64,000 nt of DNA from Nevskia sp. (lineage in GTDB: Bacteria > Pseudomonadota > Gammaproteobacteria > Nevskiales > Nevskiaceae), in the NCBI GenBank assembly GCA_023229645.1, contig JALNYU010000017.1, positions 13,659 to 77,658 of the forward strand, read 5' to 3'. Below are positions 49,808-59,497 of this stretch, piece after piece. The position numbers and the translations under genes were made by a program. Numbering within the stretch: position 1 is the stretch's first letter; each line of letters opens with the position of its first letter. The notes under the pieces were generated by a model. The model was not told the origin of the DNA. It was given only the letters and a program-made list of their open reading frames with translations, and made no database searches.

Positions 49808-50260
49808 ATGGAACTGATCCTACTCGAAAAAGTAACGAACCTCGGCGATCTCGGCGACGTCGTTAACGTCAAGCCCGGTTATGGCCGTAACTTCCTGCTG
49901 CCGCAGGGCAAGGCGCTCACTGCCACCACCGGCAACAAAGAAGTCTTCGAAACGCGCAAAGCCGAGTTGATGAAGAAGTATGCCGACTCGCTGAACGCCG
50001 CGAAAATGCGCGCCGAAAAGCTGGCCGGCAAGCACGTGACGATCAAAGCACTGACCGCCGAAGAAGGCCGCTTGTACGGCTCGGTTGGTCCGGCCGATGT
50101 CGCCCGCGCAGCGGAAGCCGCAGGTCTGGGTCTGGAGAAGAGCGAAATCGATATGCCGGAAGGCCCGATTCGCGTCGTCGGTACCTATACCGTTGCGGTT
50201 CGTCTGCACTCGGAAGTGGAAAGCTCGTTGATCGTCGTCGTCGAGCAAGAAAAAGCTTGA
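49808..50260 (+). CDS. rplI: 50S ribosomal protein L9
   Basis: VKPGYGRNFLLP, LYGSV. Confidence 0.98.
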   Translation: MELILLEKVTNLGDLGDVVNVKPGYGRNFLLPQGKALTATTGNKEVFETRKAELMKKYADSLNAAKMRAEKLAGKHVTIKALTAEEGRLYGSVGPADVARAAEAAGLGLEKSEIDMPEGPIRVVGTYTVAVRLHSEVESSLIVVVEQEKA

Positions 50261-50282
50261 TTCGCGGTTTTTAGCGATGCCG

Positions 50283-50312
50283 TCGGCCCGCCCAGTGCGG
50301 GCCGATTTGTTT
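50283..50312 (+). terminator. Terminator after rplI
   Basis: TCGGCCCGC/GCGGGCCGA followed by TTTGTTT. Confidence 0.65.
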
Positions 50313-50465
50313 CTGTTCACCGTCGTCACATCGCATTTTTTGCGCCTAGGCGAGAAAATAGCGCCGCAGCGCGCCGCGCCGTGGTCGGTCAGCGTAAGCT
50401 GCGAGCAGTTGTTCCCCCGTGTCTTGGACCGCCAACAGAATTTCTCGGCGCGAGCATAACCAACC

Positions 50466-51857
50466 ATGCCGACCTATCTGCCCAATCCGCCGACGCCGAG
50501 CGCGACCAAGCTCGCCGCCAGCCCCAAGCATCCACCGCATTCGATTGAGGCGGAGCAGTCGGTGCTGGGCGGCTTGTTGCTGAATAATCGTGCCTGGTAC
50601 GAATTGATCGATCAGGTTACCGAAGAAGACTTCTACACCCACGATCACCGCGTCATTTTTCACGCGATCGGCGATTTGCTGAACGCCGGCCGGCCTTGTG
50701 ATTTCGTCACGCTGTCGGAACATCTGCGGCATCAGGACAAACTCGACGAAGCCGGCGGCATCAGCTACCTCGGCACTTTGGCGGCGGATACGCCAAGCGC
50801 AGCAAACATTCGCGCCTACGCTGAAATTGTTCGCGAACGCGCGGTACTGCGCAGCTTGATCGCGACCGGGCAAGACATCGCCGAACTCGGCTATCAGCCA
50901 GACGGCCGCGAGCCCGGCACTTTGATCGATATTGCCGAGCAGCAGGTATTCCGCATCCGCGCCCGCGGCGACCGCGGCCAGAAGCAGGCGAAAGATATGC
51001 CGATGCTGATGGACGCGATTGAGGAACGCCTAGAGCGGCTAAAAAATAATCCGGACAGCTTCGCGGGCGTGCCAACCGGCTTCACCGAACTGGACAAAAT
51101 GACCCAGGGCATGCACGAAGGCGATTTGATCATCGTCGGCGGCCGCCCCGGCATGGGTAAAACCAGCTTTGCGATGAACATCGCCGAGCACGTGGCAATC
51201 GAACGCAAGCTGCCAACGGCGGTGTTTTCGATGGAAATGTCGGCGGAGCAATTGGCGCTGCGCGTATTGTCATCATTCGGCCGGATCGACCAGCAACGCC
51301 TGCGCAGCGGCGATATGGAAGATCACGACTGGAGTCGGCTGGTTTCGGCCAGCGGCTTGTTGCGCGAGGCGCCGCTGTATATCGACGAAACCGGCTCGCT
51401 GTCGCCGCAGGAATTGGCCGGCCGGGCGCGGCGCATGGCGGCGAAACAGCGCTTGTCGCTGATCGTGGTCGATTACATCCAGCTGATGCAGGTGCCGAAT
51501 AACCGTGAAAACCGTACCAACGAAATCTCGGAAATTTCGCGTTCGTTGAAGGCCTTGGCGAAGGAGCTGAAGGTGCCGATCATCGCGCTGTCGCAGTTAT
51601 CGCGTAGCCTTGAAGCGCGGCAAGATAAGCGCCCGATCATGTCCGATCTGCGTGAATCGGGCTCGATCGAGCAGGACGCCGACGTGGTGCTCTTCGTCTA
51701 CCGCGATGACTACCACAACAAGGAATCGCCGAACCAGGGCACGGCCGAAATCATCATCGCCAAACAACGTTCCGGCCCGACCGGAAAAGTCAGAACCGCG
51801 TTCCTCGGCAAGTACACGCGCTTCGACAATTTGGCGCCGGAGTACGTTTACAGCTGA
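50466..51857 (+). CDS. dnaB: Replicative DNA helicase
   Basis: PPHSIEAEQSVLG, GRPGMGKT, DYIQLM, SDLRESGSIEQDAD. Confidence 0.97.
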   Translation: MPTYLPNPPTPSATKLAASPKHPPHSIEAEQSVLGGLLLNNRAWYELIDQVTEEDFYTHDHRVIFHAIGDLLNAGRPCDFVTLSEHLRHQDKLDEAGGISYLGTLAADTPSAANIRAYAEIVRERAVLRSLIATGQDIAELGYQPDGREPGTLIDIAEQQVFRIRARGDRGQKQAKDMPMLMDAIEERLERLKNNPDSFAGVPTGFTELDKMTQGMHEGDLIIVGGRPGMGKTSFAMNIAEHVAIERKLPTAVFSMEMSAEQLALRVLSSFGRIDQQRLRSGDMEDHDWSRLVSASGLLREAPLYIDETGSLSPQELAGRARRMAAKQRLSLIVVDYIQLMQVPNNRENRTNEISEISRSLKALAKELKVPIIALSQLSRSLEARQDKRPIMSDLRESGSIEQDADVVLFVYRDDYHNKESPNQGTAEIIIAKQRSGPTGKVRTAFLGKYTRFDNLAPEYVYS

Positions 51858-51900
51858 TGATGGCCGGCACTTCCGATTTCTCACGCCGCGGTCGTTTGCG

Positions 51901-52992
51901 ATGACGCCGCTGTATGTTCCGCGCGTCGTCGCCTACGTCGATCACGCCGCGATCCGCGCCAATCTTGCGCGGGTACGGGCGTTTGCGCCGCGGGCGAAAG
52001 TGATGGCGGCGATCAAGGCCGACGCCTACGGTCACGGCGCGGTGCCGATCGCACGGACTTTGGTCGACGCCGGGGTGGATGCGCTCGCCGTCGCCTGTTT
52101 CGAAGAAGCGTTGACGCTGCGCGAGGCGCATGTGCAAGCGCCGCTAGTTTTGCTCGAAGGCGTACTTTCGCCCGCCGAAGCCGAACTCGCCGCGAGTGAG
52201 CGGCTGCAAGTTGTCGTGCATTCCGAATGGCAGTTGGCGTTGTTAGAAGGTTTGCCGGCCGGAACGCCGCTGTCGCTATGGTTCAAGATTGATAGCGGTA
52301 TGCACCGGCTTGGCTTCGCGCCAGAGCGTGCTTCGGCATTGCACGCGCTGGTGCAGGCACATCCAGGCTGGCAGCTACAAGGCTGGATGACGCATTTGGC
52401 CTGCGCCGACGACCCCGAACATCCGCTGACCGGTCAGCAGATCCGCTGTTTCGAGCAGGCAACGGCCGGTCTGCCAGGCGCGCGTTCGATCGCCAATTCC
52501 GCCGGGCTAATCGCCTGGCCGCAGGCGCGCGCTGATTGGGTGCGGCCCGGCTTGATGCTTTATGGCGCAAGCCCGTTGCCGAATAAAACCGGCGCCGAAC
52601 TCGGGCTGCGGCCAGCGATGCGACTCGAAAGCCGGCTGATCAAAATTCAGGATGTCGAAGCCGGCGAGACTATTGGCTACGGCGGCACCTACCGCTGTGC
52701 TGAGCGCATGCGCGTCGGCGTGGTAGCGGTGGGTTACGCCGACGGCGTACACCGCGTCTTGCCAACCGGCGCGCCGGTGCTGATCCGCGGCACACGGGTT
52801 CCGATCATTGGCCGCGTTTCGATGGATATGATCACCGTCGATTTACGAACGCTGCCGCAAGCCCAAATCGGCGATACCGTGCTGCTTTGGGGCACAGGCT
52901 TGCCTGCGGAAGAGGTGGCGTCTTGGGCCGGGACGCTGGCTTACGAGCTATTTTGCGGTTTGACTAACCGCGTACATTTCGTCCATCGTTAA
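51901..52992 (+). CDS. alr: Alanine racemase
   Basis: AIKADAYGHG, DSGMHRLG, GYGGTY, GYADG. Confidence 0.94.
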   Translation: MTPLYVPRVVAYVDHAAIRANLARVRAFAPRAKVMAAIKADAYGHGAVPIARTLVDAGVDALAVACFEEALTLREAHVQAPLVLLEGVLSPAEAELAASERLQVVVHSEWQLALLEGLPAGTPLSLWFKIDSGMHRLGFAPERASALHALVQAHPGWQLQGWMTHLACADDPEHPLTGQQIRCFEQATAGLPGARSIANSAGLIAWPQARADWVRPGLMLYGASPLPNKTGAELGLRPAMRLESRLIKIQDVEAGETIGYGGTYRCAERMRVGVVAVGYADGVHRVLPTGAPVLIRGTRVPIIGRVSMDMITVDLRTLPQAQIGDTVLLWGTGLPAEEVASWAGTLAYELFCGLTNRVHFVHR

Positions 52993-53092
52993 TCACGTTG
53001 GCGCGTTTTAATCGCCAAGGCATTGCACGGCTGCGCAGGCGATTTTTTAGCTGACGTTGCCGGAGTTCGGCAACGTCAGCTTCAACTCGGCA

Positions 53093-54058
53093 TCAAGCCG
53101 CTGCGGCAGCGCGCTGTGCCTCGCTACGAGCGCTGTTTGTTCGCGCTTGCCGCGCTTCGTAGGCTTTAAGATGCGTGTAGGCAATTCGCAGCAACGGAGT
53201 CGAGATATTCTGCGCCGCACCGCGGGTGATCATATCGCCCAGCACATGATCGGCTTCCACGCGGCCGCCGCTTTCGAGATCGCGCAACATTGACGCGGTA
53301 AAACGCGAGCCGGCTTCGGTCAGCATGTTTTGCGTACCTTCCAAGACCGCCGGTCGTGGCGGGTGTCCGTAGGCTTTCGCCACTTCGCTGCACTCGTGCA
53401 GGAATTGCAGCATTAAAGCCTTGCCTTCCGGAGCGGCGACGATATCGCCGACGCTGGCACGCATCAGGCAAGTCATTCCGGCGAGGCTGGCGAGCATCAC
53501 CCACTTTTCCCACAGCGCTTGCAGGATGTCGGGGCTGGGTTTGGCGTCGGCATTGATTTCGGTAAATAGGGTTGTCAGCGCCGCGATACGCGCACTATCG
53601 CTACCGTCACGTTCGCCGAAACGCAGCACGTGCATCGGGCTCAGGTGTTCAATCGCGCCGTCTTCCGCCATCGTCACGGCGATCGAGCACAGGCCACCGA
53701 GCACGCGGCGGGCGCCGAAACGGGCATCTAAGGCCTCGTAGTGGCGAAGGCCGTTCAGTAGCGGCAGGATTGCGGTGTACGGGCCGATTGCTGGCGCAAT
53801 GGCCGTCATCGCCGATTCCAGATCGTAGGCTTTGCAGCTCAGCACGATCAGATCGAAGGTTTCTTGCAGCGAATTTTCGGTTAGCACGTGTGGCGTTAAT
53901 CGCGCCGTGCCTTGCGGACTTCGCAGCGCCAAGCCGTGCGTGCGCAATTGGCTTGCGCGCTTTTTGCGAACGAGGAAACTGACGTCACGGCCGGCTTCTA
54001 ATAAGCGGCCGCCGAAATAACCACCGGTTGCGCCTGCACCCAGTACCAAAACTTTCAT
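53093..54058 (-). CDS. panE: 2-dehydropantoate 2-reductase family
   Basis: GAGATGGYFG, LLNG, WEKWV, SMLRD. Confidence 0.88.
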   Translation of the reverse strand: MKVLVLGAGATGGYFGGRLLEAGRDVSFLVRKKRASQLRTHGLALRSPQGTARLTPHVLTENSLQETFDLIVLSCKAYDLESAMTAIAPAIGPYTAILPLLNGLRHYEALDARFGARRVLGGLCSIAVTMAEDGAIEHLSPMHVLRFGERDGSDSARIAALTTLFTEINADAKPSPDILQALWEKWVMLASLAGMTCLMRASVGDIVAAPEGKALMLQFLHECSEVAKAYGHPPRPAVLEGTQNMLTEAGSRFTASMLRDLESGGRVEADHVLGDMITRGAAQNISTPLLRIAYTHLKAYEARQARTNSARSEAQRAAAAA

Positions 54059-54200
54059 CGCATCACTCCTTTGAACACGTTGAGGTTTTGCCTACATTGC
54101 GCGCAGTATGTCCGAACGGACGCTCGGCTGGCAGCGCGCTACAAAAATAAATTCGTCGTTGTCCGCACCGTCCATCACTATTCATTGAAGAGAACATTGC

Positions 54201-54482
54201 GTGTCTCCAAGTCAGCTTGATGCCCTGGGCTATGCCGCCGCCAGTTGCACTACCTTATCCTTTTTACCGCAAGCCTTACGTGTTTGGCGCTCGCGCTCCG
54301 GCGAAGACATCTCCGCCGCGATGTACGCCGTCTTCCTGTTCGGCGTTGGTTTGTGGACGGTCTACGGCTGGATGCTCGCCGCCTGGCCGATCGTCATCGC
54401 GAACTGCGTTACCGCGCTGCTCGCAGGCTCGGTACTGTGGATGAAGCGCTATTTCAGTGCCGTCAAAACTGGGCTGAAATAA
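54201..54482 (+). CDS. SemiSWEET/PQ-loop transporter
   Basis: TTLSFLPQ, DIS..MY, WPIVIAN. Confidence 0.88.
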   Translation: MSPSQLDALGYAAASCTTLSFLPQALRVWRSRSGEDISAAMYAVFLFGVGLWTVYGWMLAAWPIVIANCVTALLAGSVLWMKRYFSAVKTGLK

Positions 54483-54593
54483 CCCACTTCGCCAATCTAT
54501 AACGTCTTCAGCCGTGATTCAAAGCCTTTTTGTCCAAACCAAGCTCGGTGCGACGAAAGGAGATAAGCCGATGTAGCGTATAGGAATACGGCT

Positions 54594-55142
54594 CTAGCGG
54601 GGTGATTTCGGGACGTCGATCCAAACAAAGCCATCGCGGTTTGGCATGCGAATTTTGGGCAGGGTTTCGGCGTTGATGTCGTCGTTTTCGCCGATTACAC
54701 CGCTGAGATTGAGCAAATAGGCGGTGACCGCGTAAACCTCATCGTTGCTGAGCGTACCCGGCGCAGTCATCGGCATTGCGCGGCGGGTGAAGTCGAACAA
54801 GGTTGTCGCAAACGGCCAGTAGTTATCGACGGCGGGGTCTGGCTCGGGGCCGGTTAACGGGCCGTGGCTAATTAACTGCCCACCGCTGCCGCCACGCCCG
54901 GCGCTGCCGTGGCAGGCAGTGCACTGCGCGTCATAGACTTTCCTGCCGTCAACGGCGTTGCCGTGGCCTGCTGGTAGGCCGCGGCCATCGGGATAAATGC
55001 TGGGATAGGGCAGCGCAGCCTCGGTGTTGGGCAGCACTTGGCCGAGATTGGGCCCGGCGATTTTGCCGCCCGCAGCGGCCGCTGGCAGCGCCAGTGTCAT
55101 CAGCAGCAACACGGCGACGTAACGGCTTTCAGGCATAGACAT
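54594..55142 (-). CDS. Monoheme c-type cytochrome (SoxD/SorB-like)
   Basis: Signal peptide, CTACH, NYWPFATTLFDFTRRAMP. Confidence 0.85.
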   Translation of the reverse strand: MSMPESRYVAVLLLMTLALPAAAAGGKIAGPNLGQVLPNTEAALPYPSIYPDGRGLPAGHGNAVDGRKVYDAQCTACHGSAGRGGSGGQLISHGPLTGPEPDPAVDNYWPFATTLFDFTRRAMPMTAPGTLSNDEVYAVTAYLLNLSGVIGENDDINAETLPKIRMPNRDGFVWIDVPKSPR

Positions 55143-56409
55143 GGCTGAGTTCTCCGTCGCTATCGAGCGCCCAGGCGACAATCGCATTGTAGTGAAAATA
55201 GCCGGCGCGGCCGCGCTCGGCGATCAATTTTGTGCGCTCCGGTTGGACGTTGCCAGCCTCATCAGTGGCGCGGCTTTTCAGCACGGCAGCTTGGCCGCGC
55301 CACTGCCACGGTAGGCGGAAGCGCGTGAAACACTGTGGTAGCACCGGCGTTTGTAATTCGGCCTGCGTCCAGGTTTTGCCGCCATTCACCGAGATCTCTA
55401 CTTTTTTGATGCGGCCGTGGCCCGACCACGCGAGGCCGCGCAGTTCGTGCAGACCTCTGCTCAGTACGGCGCCGGGCGAGGGCGTCGTGATCAGCGATTT
55501 CACGCCCATGACAAACGTAAACTGACGCGCTTTACCGTCCGGTTGTAGCTCGGTGTAGCGGCTGGTTTCATTGCGCGCCATCACCGGCTCGCGGCTGAGT
55601 TCGATGCGGCGCAGCCATTTGACGTTCAAAACGCCTTCCCAGCCGGGGACTAGCAAGCGCAGCGGGTAACCATTTTCCGGCCTTAGCCGCTCGCCGTTCT
55701 GGTACAGCGCGAGCAGGCAGTCGTCCGTCGCTTTATGTAGCGGCAGCGAGACGTTCATCGCGATTGCGTCCGCGCCTTCGAGCACCAGCCAGCGCGCCTC
55801 GGGCGCAACACCGGCTTCGTCGAGGATGGTTGATAGCGGCACGCCGGTCCATTCGCTGCACGAGGCCATGCCGTGCAAGTAGCCCGCTTTGGTCTGCAGC
55901 GGTTCCAGGTTCCAGCCGGCGTTGCTATTGCCGCCGCACTCAATGAACGCGAGGCGCGTGCGCAGCGGGTAACGGAGTAAATCGGCGATTGAAAAACTGA
56001 GCGCGCGCTGTGTTAAACCGTGCACCAGCAGGCGGTGCTGGTCGGCCGGAATCTGCGGTACGCCGTTGTGGTGGCGCTCAAAGTGTAAGCCGCTCGGCGT
56101 GATGATGCCTTCCAGTTCGTGCAGCGGCGTCCAAGACACGCCGTTGCCGGGCACTTGCCGGTTCGGCGTGATCCAACGGATGACTTTTCGCTCTTGTTCC
56201 GACGGCTGGCCGTAGTTCGTAAGCGGTGCACCCGGCGTGTGCAGCCACGGCAGCGGCGGTTCCGCAGCGCTGAGTTTGCCGCCGGTGGTGGCCGCCGTTA
56301 GTGCCAGCCCGCCCTGCAAAAAGGCGCGGCGATTCAGCCCGCTCGGGTTGGCACCCGGCGCCACCCCGGTCGGGATCGTCGGCGTTGATATTTTTTTTCG
56401 CCGTGTCAT
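55129..56409 (-). CDS. soxC: Sulfite oxidase-family molybdoenzyme SoxC
   Basis: Tat signal NRRAFLQ; ITPSGLHFERHH, ECGGN, ENGYPLRL. Confidence 0.88.
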   Translation of the reverse strand: MTRRKKISTPTIPTGVAPGANPSGLNRRAFLQGGLALTAATTGGKLSAAEPPLPWLHTPGAPLTNYGQPSEQERKVIRWITPNRQVPGNGVSWTPLHELEGIITPSGLHFERHHNGVPQIPADQHRLLVHGLTQRALSFSIADLLRYPLRTRLAFIECGGNSNAGWNLEPLQTKAGYLHGMASCSEWTGVPLSTILDEAGVAPEARWLVLEGADAIAMNVSLPLHKATDDCLLALYQNGERLRPENGYPLRLLVPGWEGVLNVKWLRRIELSREPVMARNETSRYTELQPDGKARQFTFVMGVKSLITTPSPGAVLSRGLHELRGLAWSGHGRIKKVEISVNGGKTWTQAELQTPVLPQCFTRFRLPWQWRGQAAVLKSRATDEAGNVQPERTKLIAERGRAGYFHYNAIVAWALDSDGELSHVYA

Positions 56410-56454
56410 GGTCTCTCCTCCTACTGACGCCGCCGGTGGTCCGGCGGTCACACG

Positions 56455-58869
56455 CTATACCGCAACCGGCCGCAACGAAAAGAGTCGGTATTGCCCGTAG
56501 CGCTTCGCCAGTTCGATCTCACCGGCGTATTCGGCAACAAATCGCTCGGGCGCTTCGAGTGCGAGGCGCGCCGCGAATGCCTCTGTGACGAAAATCATGC
56601 CGGGCGGCGTCACCGGTTCGATGCGCGCCGCAAACGACAGCTGCGAGCCGAAATACACCGGCGTGTTCTCAACTGGATCGATCCCCGCATAAACCGGTGC
56701 GTAGTGCGCGGCGAGGCGCAATTCCAGCTGCGCCAGCGTGCCGTCGAGCTGCGGCCGCAGCTGTTCGATCGCGGCGTGGATTTCGACCAAGAGATCGGCC
56801 GCCGACTCGGCGTCGGCGGTGACGATATGCACGGCGTCGCCCCAGGTGTGCTGGCGCAGAATTTTCGCCTGCGCGCGCTTGAGGACATCGGCAATCGCCC
56901 CAAAGTGCAGGGTCTGGAAGCGGGGCATTTCGGCCTCGCTCAAGCGGCTGAAGCCGGTGAAGTCGGCGAAGATCGTCCCCACAAATTGCCGCGCGAACGT
57001 CACCGCACTGGTTGGCGCGGGCGGGGTATTCGCGGCGCAGCGGCGGTTCAGCACGGCGTCGGCTTCTTCGTCGCTGAGCAGACGGGCATCGTCGTTTAGG
57101 GCCAATACCTGCCAGCCGCAGCCCAGCCTTTTTGCCGTGAGTTTGGATAAGCCCAGCGCGACGGTTGCGACATAGTCGGCGAGGCGGTGGCTTTCCTCGT
57201 CGAGAAAGCCATTGGCGACTGAAACCTCGTCCGCGCGCTGCAAACACCGGTGCAGGCGCTGCGCGGTGAGGTCGTCATAACGCGTGCGCCAGGCTTCGAG
57301 CAACGTTGCTTTCGGAGCTGACAAAATCAAATGCAGGCGGCTGTCGAATTTGGCGAGTGCTTCGACGACGCCGAGGTCAGCCGGTGCGATGAGGGTGGCA
57401 AATACGAACGCTGCGTGCACGGCCGGCATCACACCAACTTCTGGCGAGCAGCGCAGCGCGCAAACCACCGGCGCCAGTGTCAGGTGATCGAGTAGCGCGG
57501 TATCGATTGCGTGATGCCGGCAGATCAGCCGCAGCTGCGCGGCGGCACGGCTGCGGACGTTGACGTTGCCGCGCAGCAATTGGTTGGCGCGACGCAGGTT
57601 GGCGCCGCAGCCGTCGAGATCTTGCAGTAGCAACAGCGCTTCGGCGGCGGTGACGCAGCGGTAGTAGTCATCCGTTTCATCGGCGGGGAGGGCTGCGCGC
57701 GTTTGCGCCAACGCTGCCTGTGCCAGCGTTGCCGACTGCACCGCCTCGCCGCCGAGCAAGAACATCGTGGCCGCGTTAATCGCCGGGAAATAGCCACCGG
57801 TACGCTGAAATGCCGCGTGATAGGCGGCGCCGGAGCGCAGAAACAGTGCGCGGTCGGCACGGCGGCTCAGCGCAAGGTCTTTCAGCAATCGGCCTTCAAG
57901 CGCCAACCAATCTTCGCCCAGCTCGTGTTCGGCGAGTTGCAGCTGGTAGTAGCGTTGCAGGCCAAGTTGCGTGCTGCCGGCGTTTGCCAGCGCTAGCACC
58001 GAGAGATAGTCCAACGTTCGCGAGGTCACGCCGCTGGCTTTTGCCCTTACCGTTTGGTCGTAGGCTTGCAGGTAATTGCCGGCTTTGAGCGCCTGTCGGC
58101 ACTGCCGGATGTGTTCGACGAGTGCGTCTTCAGCGTCAGCGGCGGTCGGCATGGGCGCCGATGCGGGCGCCGGCATTGCCTGAGGATCGACGATGTGCAG
58201 CGCGCGCCGCGCGTGCCGAGCGGTTCGCAGCGCCAAGGTCGAGAATTCAGCCGGGATTAGCGACGGATTGCGTCGCCATTCAACCACCTCAGCGGTGCCG
58301 CCCGGCAGTTGCGGGCTTTGTCCGCGCAGCACGGCGAGCAGTTGCTCGGGTTGTTCCGCGAGACAGGCGGCGAGGCGGCGGTACTGCGCTTGCCGGAAGC
58401 CCTGATCCGCCAGCTCGGCGTGCGCGTAAGACGGCGGCAGCAGGTCAACCACCGTTTCGCAGGCGGCCAGCGCCGTGCTGATCGCTTTTTGCACGTCATC
58501 AAGCCCGCAGGCGTCTACCGAGACGCCATTTTCGCGTGCTTTGATCAACCAGTCGCTGATCAAGGTATTCACCGGCAACGGCAGCAATGCAACCGCCCGG
58601 TAAGCGATGCCGGCGCGGCGCAACCACGTGGCGCAGACGCGCTGAAAGAGCAAGTCGGCCCCCGGTGCGAGGCAGCTGATCAGCGTAACCGTCAGCCTAT
58701 CGCGCCCGGAAAACAACGCCGGCAGCACAGTTTTTTCGAGCTGCGTCGTAGCCTGAGCTTGTTCTTGCGCCGAAAGCAGCAAATGGCCGGTGCCGCCAAG
58801 CAAAACATGGCCGGAATCTGCGGTGGGCAAGCTGAGCAGCCAATCCGCGAGCTTGAGCTTGCGCAGCAC
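56455..58869 (-). CDS. SLOG - TPR-S (TRAFs-binding-like) - degenerate SLOG - class III nucleotide cyclase
   Basis: GTG at 58869; GGTGH, SCLAPGAD, GGTAEVV (SLOG); EGRLLKD, YFPAINAAT, TAAEALL (TPR-S); ADFTGFS, TWGDA, AARIE (cyclase). Confidence 0.8.
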   Translation of the reverse strand: MLRKLKLADWLLSLPTADSGHVLLGGTGHLLLSAQEQAQATTQLEKTVLPALFSGRDRLTVTLISCLAPGADLLFQRVCATWLRRAGIAYRAVALLPLPVNTLISDWLIKARENGVSVDACGLDDVQKAISTALAACETVVDLLPPSYAHAELADQGFRQAQYRRLAACLAEQPEQLLAVLRGQSPQLPGGTAEVVEWRRNPSLIPAEFSTLALRTARHARRALHIVDPQAMPAPASAPMPTAADAEDALVEHIRQCRQALKAGNYLQAYDQTVRAKASGVTSRTLDYLSVLALANAGSTQLGLQRYYQLQLAEHELGEDWLALEGRLLKDLALSRRADRALFLRSGAAYHAAFQRTGGYFPAINAATMFLLGGEAVQSATLAQAALAQTRAALPADETDDYYRCVTAAEALLLLQDLDGCGANLRRANQLLRGNVNVRSRAAAQLRLICRHHAIDTALLDHLTLAPVVCALRCSPEVGVMPAVHAAFVFATLIAPADLGVVEALAKFDSRLHLILSAPKATLLEAWRTRYDDLTAQRLHRCLQRADEVSVANGFLDEESHRLADYVATVALGLSKLTAKRLGCGWQVLALNDDARLLSDEEADAVLNRRCAANTPPAPTSAVTFARQFVGTIFADFTGFSRLSEAEMPRFQTLHFGAIADVLKRAQAKILRQHTWGDAVHIVTADAESAADLLVEIHAAIEQLRPQLDGTLAQLELRLAAHYAPVYAGIDPVENTPVYFGSQLSFAARIEPVTPPGMIFVTEAFAARLALEAPERFVAEYAGEIELAKRYGQYRLFSLRPVAV

Positions 58870-58874
58870 GGCGG

Positions 58875-59438
58875 CTAACGCTCGGTCTTGCCCGTCGTTG
58901 CGCGTAGAAGAACGTAGACCGCGCCCGTGCCGCCGTCGTGCGGACGGGCAGAACAGAAAGCGAGCACATCCTTGCGCCGGCGCAGCCAACCATCGAGCAA
59001 TGTTTTGATCACGGGGCCGGTATTGGGCGAGCGATTGCCCTTACCGTGGACGATGCGGACGCAGCGCACGTCGTGATCCTGGCAATCAGCGAGAAATTCG
59101 CTGACCGCCGCGTGTGCGGCATTGCGGTTCAGGCCGTGCAGATCAAGATCGGCCCGCACCCGGTACGCGCCGCGGCGTAGCCGGCGCCAGACGCCGTCTT
59201 GAATGCCATCGGCGCGGAAGCTCAGTGTGTCACCGCTTTCGATCAGCTCGGGCTCAAACATGCCGTAGAGCAATTCCTCGACCACCGCGCGTTCATCGGC
59301 CTCGGCGTTGCGCGCGCGCGGCGGCGGCGTCTTCCGCTCCGGCGGCAGGCGATCGGACGACGCCCGCGGCTGAACATCGGCCATCGCATCGCGAAAGCTC
59401 AGGTCGTTTGCCGGATCGGTTTTGGAATTCGACGCCAT
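58875..59438 (-). CDS. Smr/MutS2 domain protein (SmrA-like)
   Basis: LDLHGL, IVHGKG, GGTGAVYVLL. Confidence 0.92.
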   Translation of the reverse strand: MASNSKTDPANDLSFRDAMADVQPRASSDRLPPERKTPPPRARNAEADERAVVEELLYGMFEPELIESGDTLSFRADGIQDGVWRRLRRGAYRVRADLDLHGLNRNAAHAAVSEFLADCQDHDVRCVRIVHGKGNRSPNTGPVIKTLLDGWLRRRKDVLAFCSARPHDGGTGAVYVLLRATTGKTER

Positions 59439-59497
59439 GCGGGCATCATAGCCTGCCAACACGTAAACTAATTTGGATTTTCCAAAAGCACATTCCG

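Noticed and set aside
58870-58989. Track N-terminal 40 aa of the cyclase protein
   Set aside because: It overlaps the Smr gene on the same strand; GTG at 58869 directly precedes the SLOG motif
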